DNA from: Basidiobolus meristosporus CBS 931.73
Lineage: Eukaryota; Fungi; Basidiobolomycota
Reading direction: 5' to 3'
Length of the DNA: 64,000 nucleotides
Assembly: GCA_002104905.1 (NCBI GenBank)
Contig: MCFE01000401.1
Coordinates: forward strand, 17,304-81,303
Under the pieces are notes generated by a model. The model was not told the origin of the DNA, ran no database searches, and worked only from the letters and a program-made list of their open reading frames with translations. Positions 25,677-38,639 of this stretch are shown here, piece by piece. The position numbers and the translations under genes were made by a program. The stretch's first letter is position 1. Each line of letters starts with the position of its first letter.

Positions 25677-27933
25677 GTTGCTTGTTGTATCCAACTCAGC
25701 TTTGCATTACCTAACCAATTAACCATGCATTGGGGCAGCTTAGGTTCCTAATGCGAAAGGTATTAGTGTCTCCCTCTGCATATCTCTCCTCTGTACTTTC
25801 CAACTCTTCCTGGCAGTCCTCCATGTGCAAACTCTAACATTCCTGATGGTGTGAATTCAGTTCATTTAGTCCAAGCATTTGTATTGATGCATATGCATAT
25901 GAATATCAGTTGGATCTTTTAAGAAATGCTTTGGTAAACAAATACTATGCAATACCTTGCCAATTCTGCTTAATTTTGCTGATAACCTAAAGCACTCATT
26001 TAGCCCAAGATGCCCAAAATATAAACTAGTGACTAGTATAGGGATATTGTAGAAGAGCAAATGTATGGCTTCTAGTGGAATGTGCTTGCTTCTACTGATT
26101 CCACCCTTCTTTAGTGTCTCTAGTTTTCAGTTAACTCCATATTCTTGCCAAAAACGTATACCATGCCAGCTTTTCTGTAATTGCATGCTGACCTCAGTCC
26201 TCTCTCTTCCTGAGCAGATGATGTGCATGGTATTGGTCCTTGAATGGTAATGATATGTGTGAGTATGGAGTAAATTCCCTAGATTCCACACATTGAGTGG
26301 CAATACCATCCATTATGCCCAGTCAAGCTGGCCATCTTGCTTATTGCCACAGTATCTCCAATGCAGATAAAAATATGGGCTTTGACATGATGTTCATTTA
26401 CCAGGATATGGCCGGAGAGCATGCAAAACTCTTCCAATAATGAATACAGGCAGCTACATCAGTTCAACAATGATTTAGGCCCAGATATTAGTGAGACAAC
26501 CATGAAACTTCTGCTCTTATACAGTAAGATTAGTGACATATTCAGGCTAATGAGGATATGTTGCTAGCAGGATCAGTTGGCAGGGTGCTTGTTCAGTGGG
26601 AAATTATCAGGTGCCAAAGCAAAGGAATGGTCATAGATACCTTAGGAGTAACCCTTGCTTCTTGACTGTTTGTAATTTTTGCCATCAAATATTTATTGAA
26701 AACGCATACTCTTGGTTAATAATCAGTGTAGTACTTTACAGCTTCACAATATTAGTTGGACTGCATGAGCTTCTTTAGTCAGGGTACTACTCAAATAAAT
26801 CTGTATTATATATAATGCTATCCTTCTGTAGCTTGAACACCTGACAAGTTTGACACCTTGCAATGGTGGCACTTTTTGATGTGAATGTCCTTCAACTTTT
26901 AACACAAGCTAGTATCAGAATGGATTCTAGCTCATGTGTTGCCAGCTGCATGATAGTTCTCTCTTTGCACCAAGTACAAGGGAAGTTGCATCCTGTAATG
27001 ATTTTTCAAGAAGTAGCAGTGGATCTTCAAAGCCAACATCACTGATATTGGTGATGTTAGATGAGTGCCAAACAGATCTATAGTGTGTCAGAGAGAGATT
27101 GCCAATCTATACCTGGTCACACAATATGAAACATAACTCTTCAACTTCATGCAAAGTTGCACATGTGTCTCACCCACTGTACTGCAGAGAGCTTGGTTTA
27201 TAACCTTTTTTGCATAGAATCATCTTGGACCAATGGTAATATCTGATGAGGCACTGAACCTGGCAGTACCAGCTAAAGACTAACATATATGGGAGCCAGT
27301 GAATGAACAATGGCATAAGGCTGCAGGGTTTCTGCTAAAGTGATGGAAAATGGGCATTTTGCCAGAATTACCTATGAGATGATAGATTTTGATGGAGTAA
27401 TATGTTAGGTAAGAGGCTGAGCCTAGTATTAATGTTAAGTGCTGAGACTTGTATAGGTCATTACAATTGGCAATTTAGTAATGAACATAAATTGACCAGC
27501 AATAATCCAATTTGCATGAATGAAAAGTAAGTGCCTCATTTGTGTCATAAAGTCAAGAACGCAAAAAAGAACTAATAGCTAATTGCTGTATGCTACTGTA
27601 GGTGGTAATATAGTGTCTGGGATCAGAAAGCAATTGTGTTGGCAGATAACCCATCAAACTCCACTAATTAATGAGGGCAATGCTAGAGCTTGGCTGTGCT
27701 GAGTTGCACCAGATGATATAACAGAACCAGCCTGAAGTGCCAAGCACCGGCACATTCTTTTACTTGCCAAAGCTCCTGTGGTGGAGGCACTTCATGTGGG
27801 TTATTGTCAGTCAGTTCACCAGAAGTAACTTGCTGATGTTCAGGTGTGCCAACATATGCAGGCATGACTTGATGTGTTGGCATAGCCTTGGCTAGTTTGA
27901 TGTGGTGTTACATGTTGATGCAACTTGGCCTGC

Positions 27934-29004
27934 TGTGGAGGTGTATAGGTCCCAGGGAGAGATATGTCCAACACTTCTCAAGTGTTTTGTGTGTGGGGTG
28001 TTCACTGGGTGCAACAACCACTGGCAAAAGCTTGCTAGGAATACTTGGGTTCTGTCCTTAATCTAATGTGATGGGGACTAAAGCCACAAGCTTGTCAAGG
28101 GAAAACTATTGAGTTGCAATCCCCAACTTAGTTGGTGTCTTAACAAAATTATGTGCAGGGTTCAGCGTCCTTTGAGATGACAATGTACTAAAGCTTCCAA
28201 AGTCCAAACAACTGTAAACTCCACCAGCAGGGGCTTGATAAGAATGCAGCTGTGGTCAATAGTTACAAAGACAGAAAAGTATCTTTGCCTGTACAAGAAC
28301 AAGCTTGGCAAAGAATCAAATATAATAAAAGATATCTACTCTGAGTATTCCTCACAAGTAGTGCCTCCAAGGTCAGTTTGCTGTCAGTGCAGTTTCCTGG
28401 GAGTGTCCTGTGGTCTGGGGTTGGAAGTTCAGGTAGCAGCAGGTAGCAGTGATCATACTAATCAACAAGTGGGTATATTGATAAAAGGGATGATCATTTA
28501 TTGCTGAGGGATAGCCTCCCTGATATACTTTTCTCACTGGCTAAGTGATTACTAATCATGGTGTTCCAGAAGGTTCCAGATATCAATAGAAGTTGTAATG
28601 ACATCAGAATGACCTAAGAATGTTCTAAGTAGGTGCCAGAAGGTTCTAAGAAGCACAGCACATCCAACCAATCAGAAATCAGTACTCTGAAACCTGTGTG
28701 ACATAGGGATACCATATATGGTATAGAGAAGGTAGGGATGGTGACATGTGTTGATCATGTGTGACAGGTTCTGGTGTGGGTACTTGCCTAATATAGAAGC
28801 ACTTACTGCTAGTAATCTTACATAAAGTGGGGGATAACTTATTTAATAAGGTAAGCAGATGTGATAGTCAACCAGCTTATGGGATAGTACTGATCAGATA
28901 AGACAAATGGGATAAAACTAAAATAAGGGTAGTAGAGAAATAGTGAAGTAGAAAATATAGGAATGAGCACATCTGTGAGTGGGTGTCACTGTGACCCCAC
29001 TACA
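27934..29004 (-). repeat. Solo LTR of the Gypsy-B family
   Basis: Reverse complement of 23335-24402; TSD CTGC (27930-27933, 29005-29008); empty site at 38701-38720. Confidence 0.95.
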
Positions 29005-30047
29005 CTGCTCCAATGGACTCATGTCTAAATGAGGAGCTTGGTGCGTTCTGGTAGTTTTGCGCTGAAGCACATGCATTAATCTAATGTGCATTGACTTGAT
29101 ATGGGGTGCTCTTGTGAAGGATGTTTGCATGAATTGGACTGACATCGGAACTCAGCAAGGTGTGCTGGCATAATCTAGAAGCAGTTGTTTACAGTCTGTA
29201 TTGCTCCTACTGAAGCTCATGTTCCAGTTCCTCAAGGTATTCACTTATCCTCTGTCTGGTACTTTGGAACTGTTGCCTTGATGAGTCCTGTGTGTATGGC
29301 TCTTGGAAGCTACTTAGCTCCACTAATATATCACATACTACATTAGTCATATGAGGCAAAAACGCATTCAAAATTGCTTTGGTTCCCAAATTTGGGGCTC
29401 AAACAGATGTGTCCTGACCATACTGTGCAAATTGCATGCAGAATTGTTTGCATGCATCTCCCTCATCAAATCCTCTCACTCTTGGCTATTTGTGTTTGCA
29501 ATACCTGTCTTGTTATATATCTTGTTACATACATCTGCTGGCATCTGGACATAGAATTCATGCACACAGCTTTCTACTTGGATTCTTCCATCTCTGCTGA
29601 CTCTGTGGGTATCCAGTTCTACCAGATTATTGAGTAGTGTCCAAATATCTGTATGAAGGCTCTTCATAAACACATGAGTCATACTAAGATCATTTGGCAA
29701 GAACTCCAATGGATCTGGCATTGACTATCCAATCCAGACCATGCTTGTGATCAGCGGGATGGGTTTTGTCTGGGTTGAACTAAAGATGAGGTGAGACTTG
29801 GTATAAGGACCATGGTGCTGGATTTGGATACTTATATGGTAGTGTATTGGCATCAACCCATTTATGAAATATATATGAAAGCTAAAGCAGTTGTTTTTTC
29901 CATATATTATGATTGATGCATCTTGGATAGCATTGACATAGCTCATATCACATCAATTGCAGATTTCCTATTTGATTATAGACTTGTGCGTAAACCATCA
30001 ATAAAGTCACCAAGTCATTGCTTAGCTATGATTTTTGCAACATATTA

Positions 30048-30779
30048 GACTTGTTCCGTTGGATAGTGCCACATTGAGCCATGAGTGCCAAATGATGCCA
30101 TAGTGTGCCAGAGAGGTAAAGTGAGCCTATACTTGGCCACAGAGTGTGAAACATAGCTCTGCATCTTCATGCAAAGCAGCCCCTGTGTTTCACGCATTGC
30201 GCAGGAGAAAATCTATTTTTTGACCTTTTTTTGTGGATCAATGTAGCTCAGGATGTGTAAGAGCACAGGAGAACTGAAGATAAGCATCTGGTACTCAATA
30301 ACCATGGCACTCTGAATCTAGCTCCTGTGGCTTATATCATCTCACAACAATGCATGGCACTATCTTGGTCCACTGGTACTATCTGGCACTATATTTAAAT
30401 ATTAGCCCTAAAGTAAGATCTATACAAAGCACTTATAGTGCCAGATAGTACCAGTGGACCAAGATAGTGCCATGCATTGTTGTGACATGATACAAGCCAC
30501 AGGAGCTAGATTCAGAGTGCCATGGGTATTGAGTACCAGATGCATATCTTCATTCTGCTTGTGCTCTAACACATGCTGCACAACAATGATCCAAAAAAAA
30601 AGGGCAAAAAATGGATTTTCTCTAGCACAATGGGTGAAACACAGGGGCTGCTTTGCATGAGGATGCGGAGCTATGTTTCACACTCTGTGGCCAAGTATAG
30701 GCTCACTGTACCTCTCTGGCACACTATGGCATCATTTGGCACTCATGGCTCAATGTGGCACTATCCAATGGAACAAGTC
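30048..30779. mobile_element. Fold-back (long-TIR, non-coding) element F with family-E termini
   Basis: Arms 30048-30393 and 30434-30779 (346 bp each) are reverse complements around a 40-bp spacer; ends GACTTGTTCC...GGAACAAGTC flanked by TA; absent from the paralogous site at ~39785. Confidence 0.93.
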
Positions 30780-30939
30780 TAATGATGGGACACATGGCAA
30801 ATGATGGAGATTTAATTATGATGCATGGAAAATTTGATATATTATGCTGATTGCACCAAATTGATTCATATCACCTCTGCTCAATCATATACAAGCTTTG
30901 ATATGACTTACTCATAGAAATGGACTTTTCTCATCAATC

Positions 30940-31750
30940 TCATTGCTACCACTGGATTTCCTTTTGACATATTAGAAGAGATCTACACCAAGTACAGGAG
31001 ACCATCTACCCCAATCTACTCAAAGAGATCCCTTGTGAAGCTTTTGTACTATTACAAGAACCATTGTCCCACAAGGTTTCATCCCAGCATTCATGGTAAC
31101 AGAAGTCCCAGAAGCTTTCATTTCCTGCTGACAGCAATGGATAACCACCTTGCAGAGGGTATGAATGACTTAGAGCAAGCTTGGTATACTGGGTTCAGAA
31201 GCTCTAATAAACTTCCACATCCCAGAGTGTTTGGCAACAGGTTCCATATTAGTAGTGTTTTTGATACCTTCCCAGTCAGGATAAACAGTCCTTCAAGAGG
31301 GTAGAGGCACTTCTATTCTGGCAAATGCAAGGAACACTGTGAAGTATCAAGCACTGTCTGGCATTGAGGGTAACATCATCTGGTTCAGTAGGCCATTTGC
31401 TGGAAGTCGGCTTGACAAAGAATTCTGGGTAGAGAACCATCCAGAACTCAGTAGAGGGGAGAAATGTATGGCACACCTAGCATATTTAGATGAGGATTGT
31501 CAGAGGTTAGGATGTATTACAGCTCATAGGAAGCCAAGAAATGGTGTGCTTAGCAGGAAGCAGCAGCTCTACAATGAGATATTTAATCACTTCAGAGTTG
31601 GAGAAGAGTATACATTTGGATTTCTAAAGTGATTCAGCATATCAGCAGGTAAATACAGAGGAAGGTCATATATTGAAGAAAACAGCGGAATAGGTAAGAC
31701 AATTAAGTTACTTAACAATGCACAGTATATTCATTCAAAATGACATCCAC
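30940..31750 (+). pseudogene. DDE_Tnp_4 transposase relic of E1
   Basis: FDTFPVRINSPSRG, FYSGK, KYQALSGIEGNIIW, MAHLAY, YNEIFNHFRVGEEYTFGFLK, ending HPLRE; stops and frameshifts. Confidence 0.88.
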
Positions 31751-33320
31751 TGAGAGAAATAGACTTGTTCCATTGTACACTGCCAGAGTGCAGAGTGCAA
31801 TCCTCAGTCTCTAAGAGCAATCAGGCACAATATTATAGTTACCAGTAGGCAGCATTGCTCTTTGATGATTTTGTACCATGTGGGACAATCTTGCACACTA
31901 TAGCATAATCTGACATAAGGAGGTTGGCACAAATGATTGCACCCACTTATAATGTTTGCATCATGTGCGCAATTGGATACCTCTATTATAATACATTAAA
32001 TCCCATATTGTGATATGTTTCTTCAATATAAATGAATAAATAAATGCTTATTACACTCTAAACTACACTGATACTTACCATTTTGGTTACCATAACTCCA
32101 ACTGGATGGTTTCTCAGTGGTTAATTGGTCCAAAAGTATCCTGAAGCTGTCAGCCCCCAATTGGCTACTTGTCCAATACACAAGCTACCTGACTTGCCAT
32201 CAAATATTCCATTTTGCCAACTTAGCAAGTAAATCCCTGATCCAAGTGATTGGACAAGATGCCATAGCTAGCACAAAACCAGTCATATAGGTGCAATACA
32301 GATCTAGTGGCTGCACTGGTGCTACAGATAATTTATATATATCCAGGATGCTTATTTATAGGGGTTCTGTCACAGATGTGAGACAATCTTAATATTGCTT
32401 ATATGAAAATTTAGTGATCACTGATTTGCAATGGCTCAATACAAATTGCAAAAAAAATGTGTTGTTTGAATCATGACAAGTAATAGCAGTTTAATGCATT
32501 TGCATCATCTTCTCCTAGGCTCTTTTCTCACAAGGACTACTACTGAAGCATTTGGTAGTGATTCACTTTGCACACCTAAACTACTTCCTTGTTGACTATC
32601 CTCTTAGCTACTGGTGTATTCATAGTAAATAATTTGCCTCCTAGTTGATGAGTGCAATGCTGCAGCTTGGCTGTGCTTAATTGCTCCAGATGATGCTGCC
32701 AAACCAGCCTGCAGTACTACATGTTGGCACATTCTTTGACTTGCCAAAGGCTCTGGTGGTGGAGGCACTTCATGTGCCTCATCATTGGTCAGTTCACCAG
32801 AAAAAACCTGCTGAAGGTCAGGTGTAATAGCATGTGCACCCTATGAAAAATTATTGAGATGATCCCATCAAAAGGCCATTACAAATTTAAAGCCCTGTGA
32901 CTAAGAGGTACTGATCTTGTTGAGACACTGTCCAGAGACCATTGAAAAATAATTGCACCCAGATTTCACAAAAGACTTAGTCAAAATGTTTCATCACAAC
33001 AATGTATAAGTGGATTTTGATTGGTTCCCTGCCAATTTGCTCACTTTCTGATCCCAGACACTCTATTGCCTCCCACATTTGTGTGAGTTGACTGGCTATT
33101 GCCTCTATTTCACACTCCTTACGTCATGACTCAATCATTTCTCTTACTTTTCATGCATACAAATTGATTTATTTCCATTGAAATTTCAGTTGTACCTCTA
33201 TTGCCAAGTGTATTGACCTATACAAGTCTCTATACCCTACACTAACATTGAGCTCAACCCCACACTCACCAAGTACTCCATTATAATCCACCACCCAATA
33301 AGTATTTCTGCTGTAATGCT

Positions 33321-35243
33321 CTAATTCCACAACTGTGGTGGGAACCCAACAGCTTTATGCCACTGTTCATTCACTGGTTCCCACACATCCTGATCTTCAG
33401 CCTGCACTGCAAGGTCTAGCTCCTCATCTGCCAGTCTTTGTAATAAGTCCTTGAGATATTCCAGTGCGTTTTCTTGAGCACTGCTCTTGAAGAAGTGCTG
33501 CAACCTCATGGTGTGCCTATTAATGTTCCAAAACTTCACTGAAGGCATTGTGATAATCTTTTGAGCTCTTGACATTGTAGCCTTGTCTGTCAGTGAGATC
33601 TCTGCTCTGTCAACAATGCAGGCTGTAAAGACTGTGGATGCTGTGGTAGACAAGTTGCCTTTTTCAGCAAACTCATCTACCTAGCTGGAATATAGCTCAA
33701 CTGGCTGCGCTTCCAACTCTTGTGAAAACAGTTGTTTTCTTGTTGGTAATTCTTTTGGCTATGATAGGATTCAGTCTGTTCCTGGCTTACGGCATTAATT
33801 GGCAAGAACTGCAGTTTTTTTTGCATGCCTCCATGTCACAGGCTTGAGTAGACATTTTCCCCTTTACCTTTTCCTTTATTGCTGCCAGATCTTTCACTGC
33901 AACTTTGTCTGAGTGCTTTTTGTAAAGAACTACATTTTCTCCTGGATAGATTCTGCTCTGACTCATCTGTTTTGCCCTGCTTGTCCCTTGCTGGCACTCT
34001 TCTGGCAACCTGATATTTCTTTTCAGCTTATTTTGAGCTCTCAACTGTAGTTGTGACAGGCTCCTGTATAAGCAGCTGGATTTTATTGCCACCAGGTCCT
34101 TTACTGCTATTTTGACTAGGTGCCTCTTGAGTGGTACTATGCTTTTCCTTGATAAATGTTGTGCTGGTGCATCCATGTCTGCCTGCTTGTCCCTAATTGG
34201 CACTCTTCCAGCTGCCTGGTGTCTCTTTGATGCTTGTCTGGAGCTCTTGGCCCCGCTTGTAACAAGCTCTTGAGGAAGCTGCTGGTTTTTAGCCATGGCA
34301 CCCTTATTCTTCTGCCTTTGATAGTTTCTGTTATTCTTATGATACTCTCTTAGCATACCAATGCTGGCCCAGAATCTGTTTGCCCGTTTGAATGCAGGAT
34401 AATGCTTATGGAGCAAGTCAAGTACATTCTGCTTGGCCTTAAGCTCCTGATGGTCCCATGGTGTGCCAGCCTTAAGCTAATGGCATGCTGAACTTCTGAC
34501 AGCCTTGTGTATATTAGCCCACTCTTCATTATAGCATGCAACAACTTCATGGATCTTCAATGTCTTTTGACTTTTAGGCTTTGGTATAAACACCACATTG
34601 TCTCCCTCCCATGCTGTGGTAGGCTTTTCTGTGGGCTTTATCTATGGGCACTCTTGTTGTGCTTCAAAGACTGTATGGTGTTCCTCTGCTGTTACATTGG
34701 GAAATGGCTCAATTCTTGGCTGTGGCATTGAGCTACTTGAGTTCCTTCTTTGCAGCAAAGATACTACTTTCTCTAGCTGGGATATTGATTGCTCTACATG
34801 TATTATCCACTCATCCTGTTTCTGGACTACTTCCTGATTTCTCTGGGCCATTGCATCTCTCCTATCAGCCACTGCACTTAATTGCTTCATTAATGCTTCA
34901 GTATGAGCTAACAACATACTTACTAATATGGGAGGTGGTGACGTTATAATGGCCACTTGCTGATCTTCTACTGAGGGTACTGCATTTGCTACATTCCCAT
35001 CTGCCTGAGCATAACAGTCAGCTTGTGGCTCCAAGGAGGTTCTCAATTGTCACTTGACTGAGAGCCTGAGGAGTCTGCATTATTACCTTCAATGGGCACA
35101 CTGTCCACAGGGTCTTTTTTGGATGTAGCCCTGCTTGTTGCACTAAATATCAAAGCAAGCTGTTGTCCAACCATTCTTCTGTTGCTGTCAGCGGTGGAGT
35201 TTGGTTGAGAACCAAACAACTTTGCTTTATTTTTTAGCGGCAT
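33321..35243 (-). pseudogene. Accessory gene of family D: coiled-coil region plus a conserved helical domain, function unknown
   Basis: ORF pieces 35043-35243, 34642-35046, 33787-34416 and 33321-33653; reading through single stops gives FIPKPK...WANIHKAVR...WDHQ...HYPAFKRANRFWASIGMLREYHKNNRNYQR; relics also in DA and D'. Confidence 0.7.
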
Positions 35244-35465
35244 AAATATGGAAGTGAGTCAAACCAAAGGAGAAATAGTGTTACATATACATGTGTATGT
35301 GGTGCCACAACTTTATTTATAATGCTTAATATGGTGGGTCATCATTGAATCTTACATTCATGTAGGTGCAATGTCTCAAATACAAGACTGTCTTAAGTTC
35401 ACATGAGTATTGACCAAAAAGTGATATAATAGCGTTACATTGTTGAAGATCAAACTGTTTGCCCC

Positions 35466-38220
35466 ATGAACAAGACTACTTTGACTCAACACCATAGGAG
35501 AAGAGAAAAAAGACCATGTGGCTATTGTGGCATGCCTCTCAGCTATGAATCATGCAGACAGCATAGGAAGTATTACAAGGATCATGGACAGTGTTTTGCC
35601 ACCCAAGTCATATTTGACCATTCATTGGTCATTACTGTACCAGCATTATCTTGCCAGCCAGTTGATACTTCTATATTGGCACCTGGCTATCTTTGTCACC
35701 TTGTGCAAACTGAGTCAGGTGAGTTTGTGATGCCTTTAGGCTCAACTCAGCCTTCTGAATATGGCATGCAGAGTGATAGCTCTGACCAAGAAGGTTCACT
35801 GATGGATATTGAGCTTATCTCCCCTAATAACAGTACCACATATGAGCCCTGTCAAATCCCTATATGCAATGAGACAACACCCATTGATACAAATGCCAAG
35901 GATACTTTATGGAGCTAAGTTAGTCCAGTAATCCATCTACTGGTGAATGATGTAATGTTGTGGCTAGAGAAGTGGTGTGTTTCCACTAATATCAGTAATG
36001 GGGGCTTTGAGGATTTATTACTACTTCTTGTCCAAATCATACCGGGATGTAACATACCATGTACCTGGTACAAGTGGACAACCATCATGTGGCTGGCAAC
36101 ATATGACCCAGAGACTGTCCTGATTCCAGCATATGTTAACAGTTGCATGGCATCCATATCCAAAATGCTAGCATTGCAATGTGTCCAAATTGTCAGGAAT
36201 CCACCACTATTGAGGGAAAACATTGGTCACACTCCGGATATATTCCTGTCAAACCCCATCTAAGGAAGCTGATGTAGTCCAACAAATATTGCAAAGCTAT
36301 ACAATACTGCGCTCAGTATTAATGAAGTGCAAACATATCCAATATATTCAATGGCAAACACTACAAACAGCTAAGAAGCAAGGGCTACTTTGAAGGTATG
36401 TATGACCATGCCTTTGCTGTAGCACTTGATGGATTCTAATTAAACAAGTACTCTACCAGAAAATCCTGCTGGCCACTGATTCTCATCAATCTGAATCTAC
36501 CGCCCATCTTACAATATCAGAGCAATAATCTGATGGTAGTCTCACTGGTATCAGGGCCTAAATCACCATCCAACCTGGATAGCTACCTGTATCCATTGCT
36601 GGATGAATTTTGTATGCTTTCCAGCAGGATAATGGTAAATGGCCATCATGTAAAGTGCACATTATTATCTGCATTGGAGATACCCCAGCCATCAGCAAGA
36701 TAGCAGGTTTTTCCGGGCACAATGGATGATATTGATGTCAGATGTGTGAGATCCAGGGGATTCACTCCATAACTCACACACATTATTGTTACGCAAACAC
36801 CAGCACTAAGAACATCATCTTTCCACAGGGAGAATGTCAGAAGTAAGCATGCTATTGCAGCAAAGCTGGCAAGCTATAAGTCATAGGCTGGAATATGGTA
36901 TCAATTGGAAACCAGAGATACTTAAGATAGAGGGTATCTGTTGCAGCAAAAGCTTTCCACTGGGAGCAATGCATTTGCTTTTCAACAATATCCCAATACT
37001 GATGACCAAGTTGTACATGGGGCATTTAAAGCTAAATGAGTCTTTTGAGATACCGGAGAAATTTGAAAGAATTGGCAAGATATTACAGAGTATTTGCTAC
37101 CCTAAGTACTTCTCACGGGCTCCAATTAATATTCATACACATATGCAACAATACAAATGCAAAGACTGGATGAACTGGATGTGTGTTTATTCAAGTGGTG
37201 TTCTGAAGCCATTCCTACGAAGAGTACATCAGAAGCATTGGGAGTCATATGTGGACATTGTAGGAATATTTATCCAGAAGCGGATCACCAATACCAACTT
37301 GACGCATCTACAGCTGTTGTGTGAGGAGTTTGTGATGTGGCTTGAGCAGCTATACTACAAGCATAAAGCTGAATGCGTAGATCTCTGCTGCTACTGTATC
37401 CATTCTCTACCCCATCATGCATGGTGTGTGAGGAATATTGGGCCTTGCTTCACCTTTTGGGAGTTTCAAATGGAGCTGATGTGTGGGGAGATAGGAAGAC
37501 AAGTCAAGTTGCAGGTACTACCATATCCCAACCTCACCAAGAATACTCCCTTCAGGTATGTTGTGGATGTGATGAGTTGTCACATGGAGGACTGCCAGAA
37601 AGAGTTGGAAGATACTGAGGACAAATGTGCTCATGGAGACACCTATGCCTATGGCATTAAGAAGCTAAGCAGCCCCAATGCATGGGTAATCAGTTAAGTA
37701 ATGCAAAGTTGAGTTGGGTGCAACAAGCAACTAATTTTTATCAGGAAAACTCCACCAAGATATGCCAGATTTCTTGTGGTCACAAGCCAACTTCTACACC
37801 ATTCAATACACAATACACACAAACAAAAGCCAGAGTGCACCTATACAGGGGACTAGAATCCAGCTTGGGGAAGGAGTCTATTGTCTAAATACCAAGAAGT
37901 TCTTTGAGGATATTCAGGAGGTATTCATAGCAGAAGTGGCAACAACCAAGCATATGTTTGCAAGATGTATATGCTACCAGCAGTACAAGGTATATGGCAA
38001 CTTTGCAAGTATTACACTAAAAAGCTGTAAAGTTGAGGTGATAGAAGTATGTCAATTGTAGCAGGTGTGCGCATTTGTAGAGGTTAGCAAGCAGCAGGCC
38101 ATAGTTTTTTTGTTTCAAACTATATATGGAATACCAAAGGTATTAGTGGGTAAGCAAATAAAGAAAGGTGCTTCTATAGTGGAATATATGAATTGCACAA
38201 TGGGAGGTAGAAAAAGGAAT
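35466..38220 (+). pseudogene. Transposase_21 (Tnp2/TnpD-like) CACTA transposase
   Basis: Manual translation gives ALDGF, CWPLILINLNLPP, SGPKSPSNLDSYLYPLLDE, GDTPAISKIAGFSGHNG, then ORF 36834-37697 with MHLLF, KDWMNW, IHSLPH, GPCFTFWEFQME; N-terminal CxxC...H cluster. Confidence 0.92.
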
Positions 38221-38639
38221 TACCATTTGGTAAATTGATACAGTAGTATTATACAGAACCAGTGGTAGGCTGTCATACTGCTGGTATAATGGCATTAGAG
38301 TCTTGCTGTGAGGCTGTCAAAATATCGTTAAGTTTCTTGTCATATAAGGCAATTGGATATCCTGGCCAACTTGATCCCCTTTAAATAGTTATAGGGCGCT
38401 GAAAGACCACAACAATACCATGCAAATATTGTCACAGCACCAATAAAATATTGTCAAGTTTTATCCCTTTATTTGGCTGTAAAATTAGCAAAACACCGTC
38501 ATGATCTTATCATAAGATTGTTAGGAGGGTCACTAATTCCAAGCTGCTGTTGTTATGATGGTCTCTAAATGGGATCTTGTTGGCTGATCCAGATTAGGTC
38601 CACCTGCAGGGCCAAATTATTTTTCATAGGGGCAGGTTC

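Larger units (their letters stand above)
20625..27670 (-). mobile_element. CACTA-like family D, copy D', split by a Gypsy-C element and a solo LTR
   Basis: 20625-21146 is the reverse complement of DA's 3' region; resumes at 24989 across TSD CTTC; transposase relic to ~27150; accessory-gene end (WEPVNEQWHKA) on the plus strand at ~27240-27345; 27345-27670 matches the reverse complement of 33010-33320. Confidence 0.82.
27680..31761 (+). mobile_element. Family E copy E1 (second gene on the minus strand, DDE_Tnp_4 nuclease on the plus strand); both ends lost
   Basis: Colinear with 32660-32838 plus 38635-40612; carries a solo Gypsy-B LTR and the fold-back element. Confidence 0.85.
32839..38631 (+). 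mobile_element. CACTA/EnSpm-type DNA transposon, family D copy DC, both ends present (5793 bp), degenerate
   Basis: TIRs CCCTATGAAAAATTATTG and CAAATTATTTTTCATAGGG, 3-bp TSD GCA (32836-32838, 38632-38634), empty site with a single GCA at 27858-27860. Confidence 0.92.

Noticed and set aside
38240-38612. Apparent conserved peptide (WPxHPIAxYxKKLD...RQPTAS) in five copies
   Set aside because: Frames are full of stops; copies correspond to D's right subterminal region, so nucleotide homology is enough to explain it.
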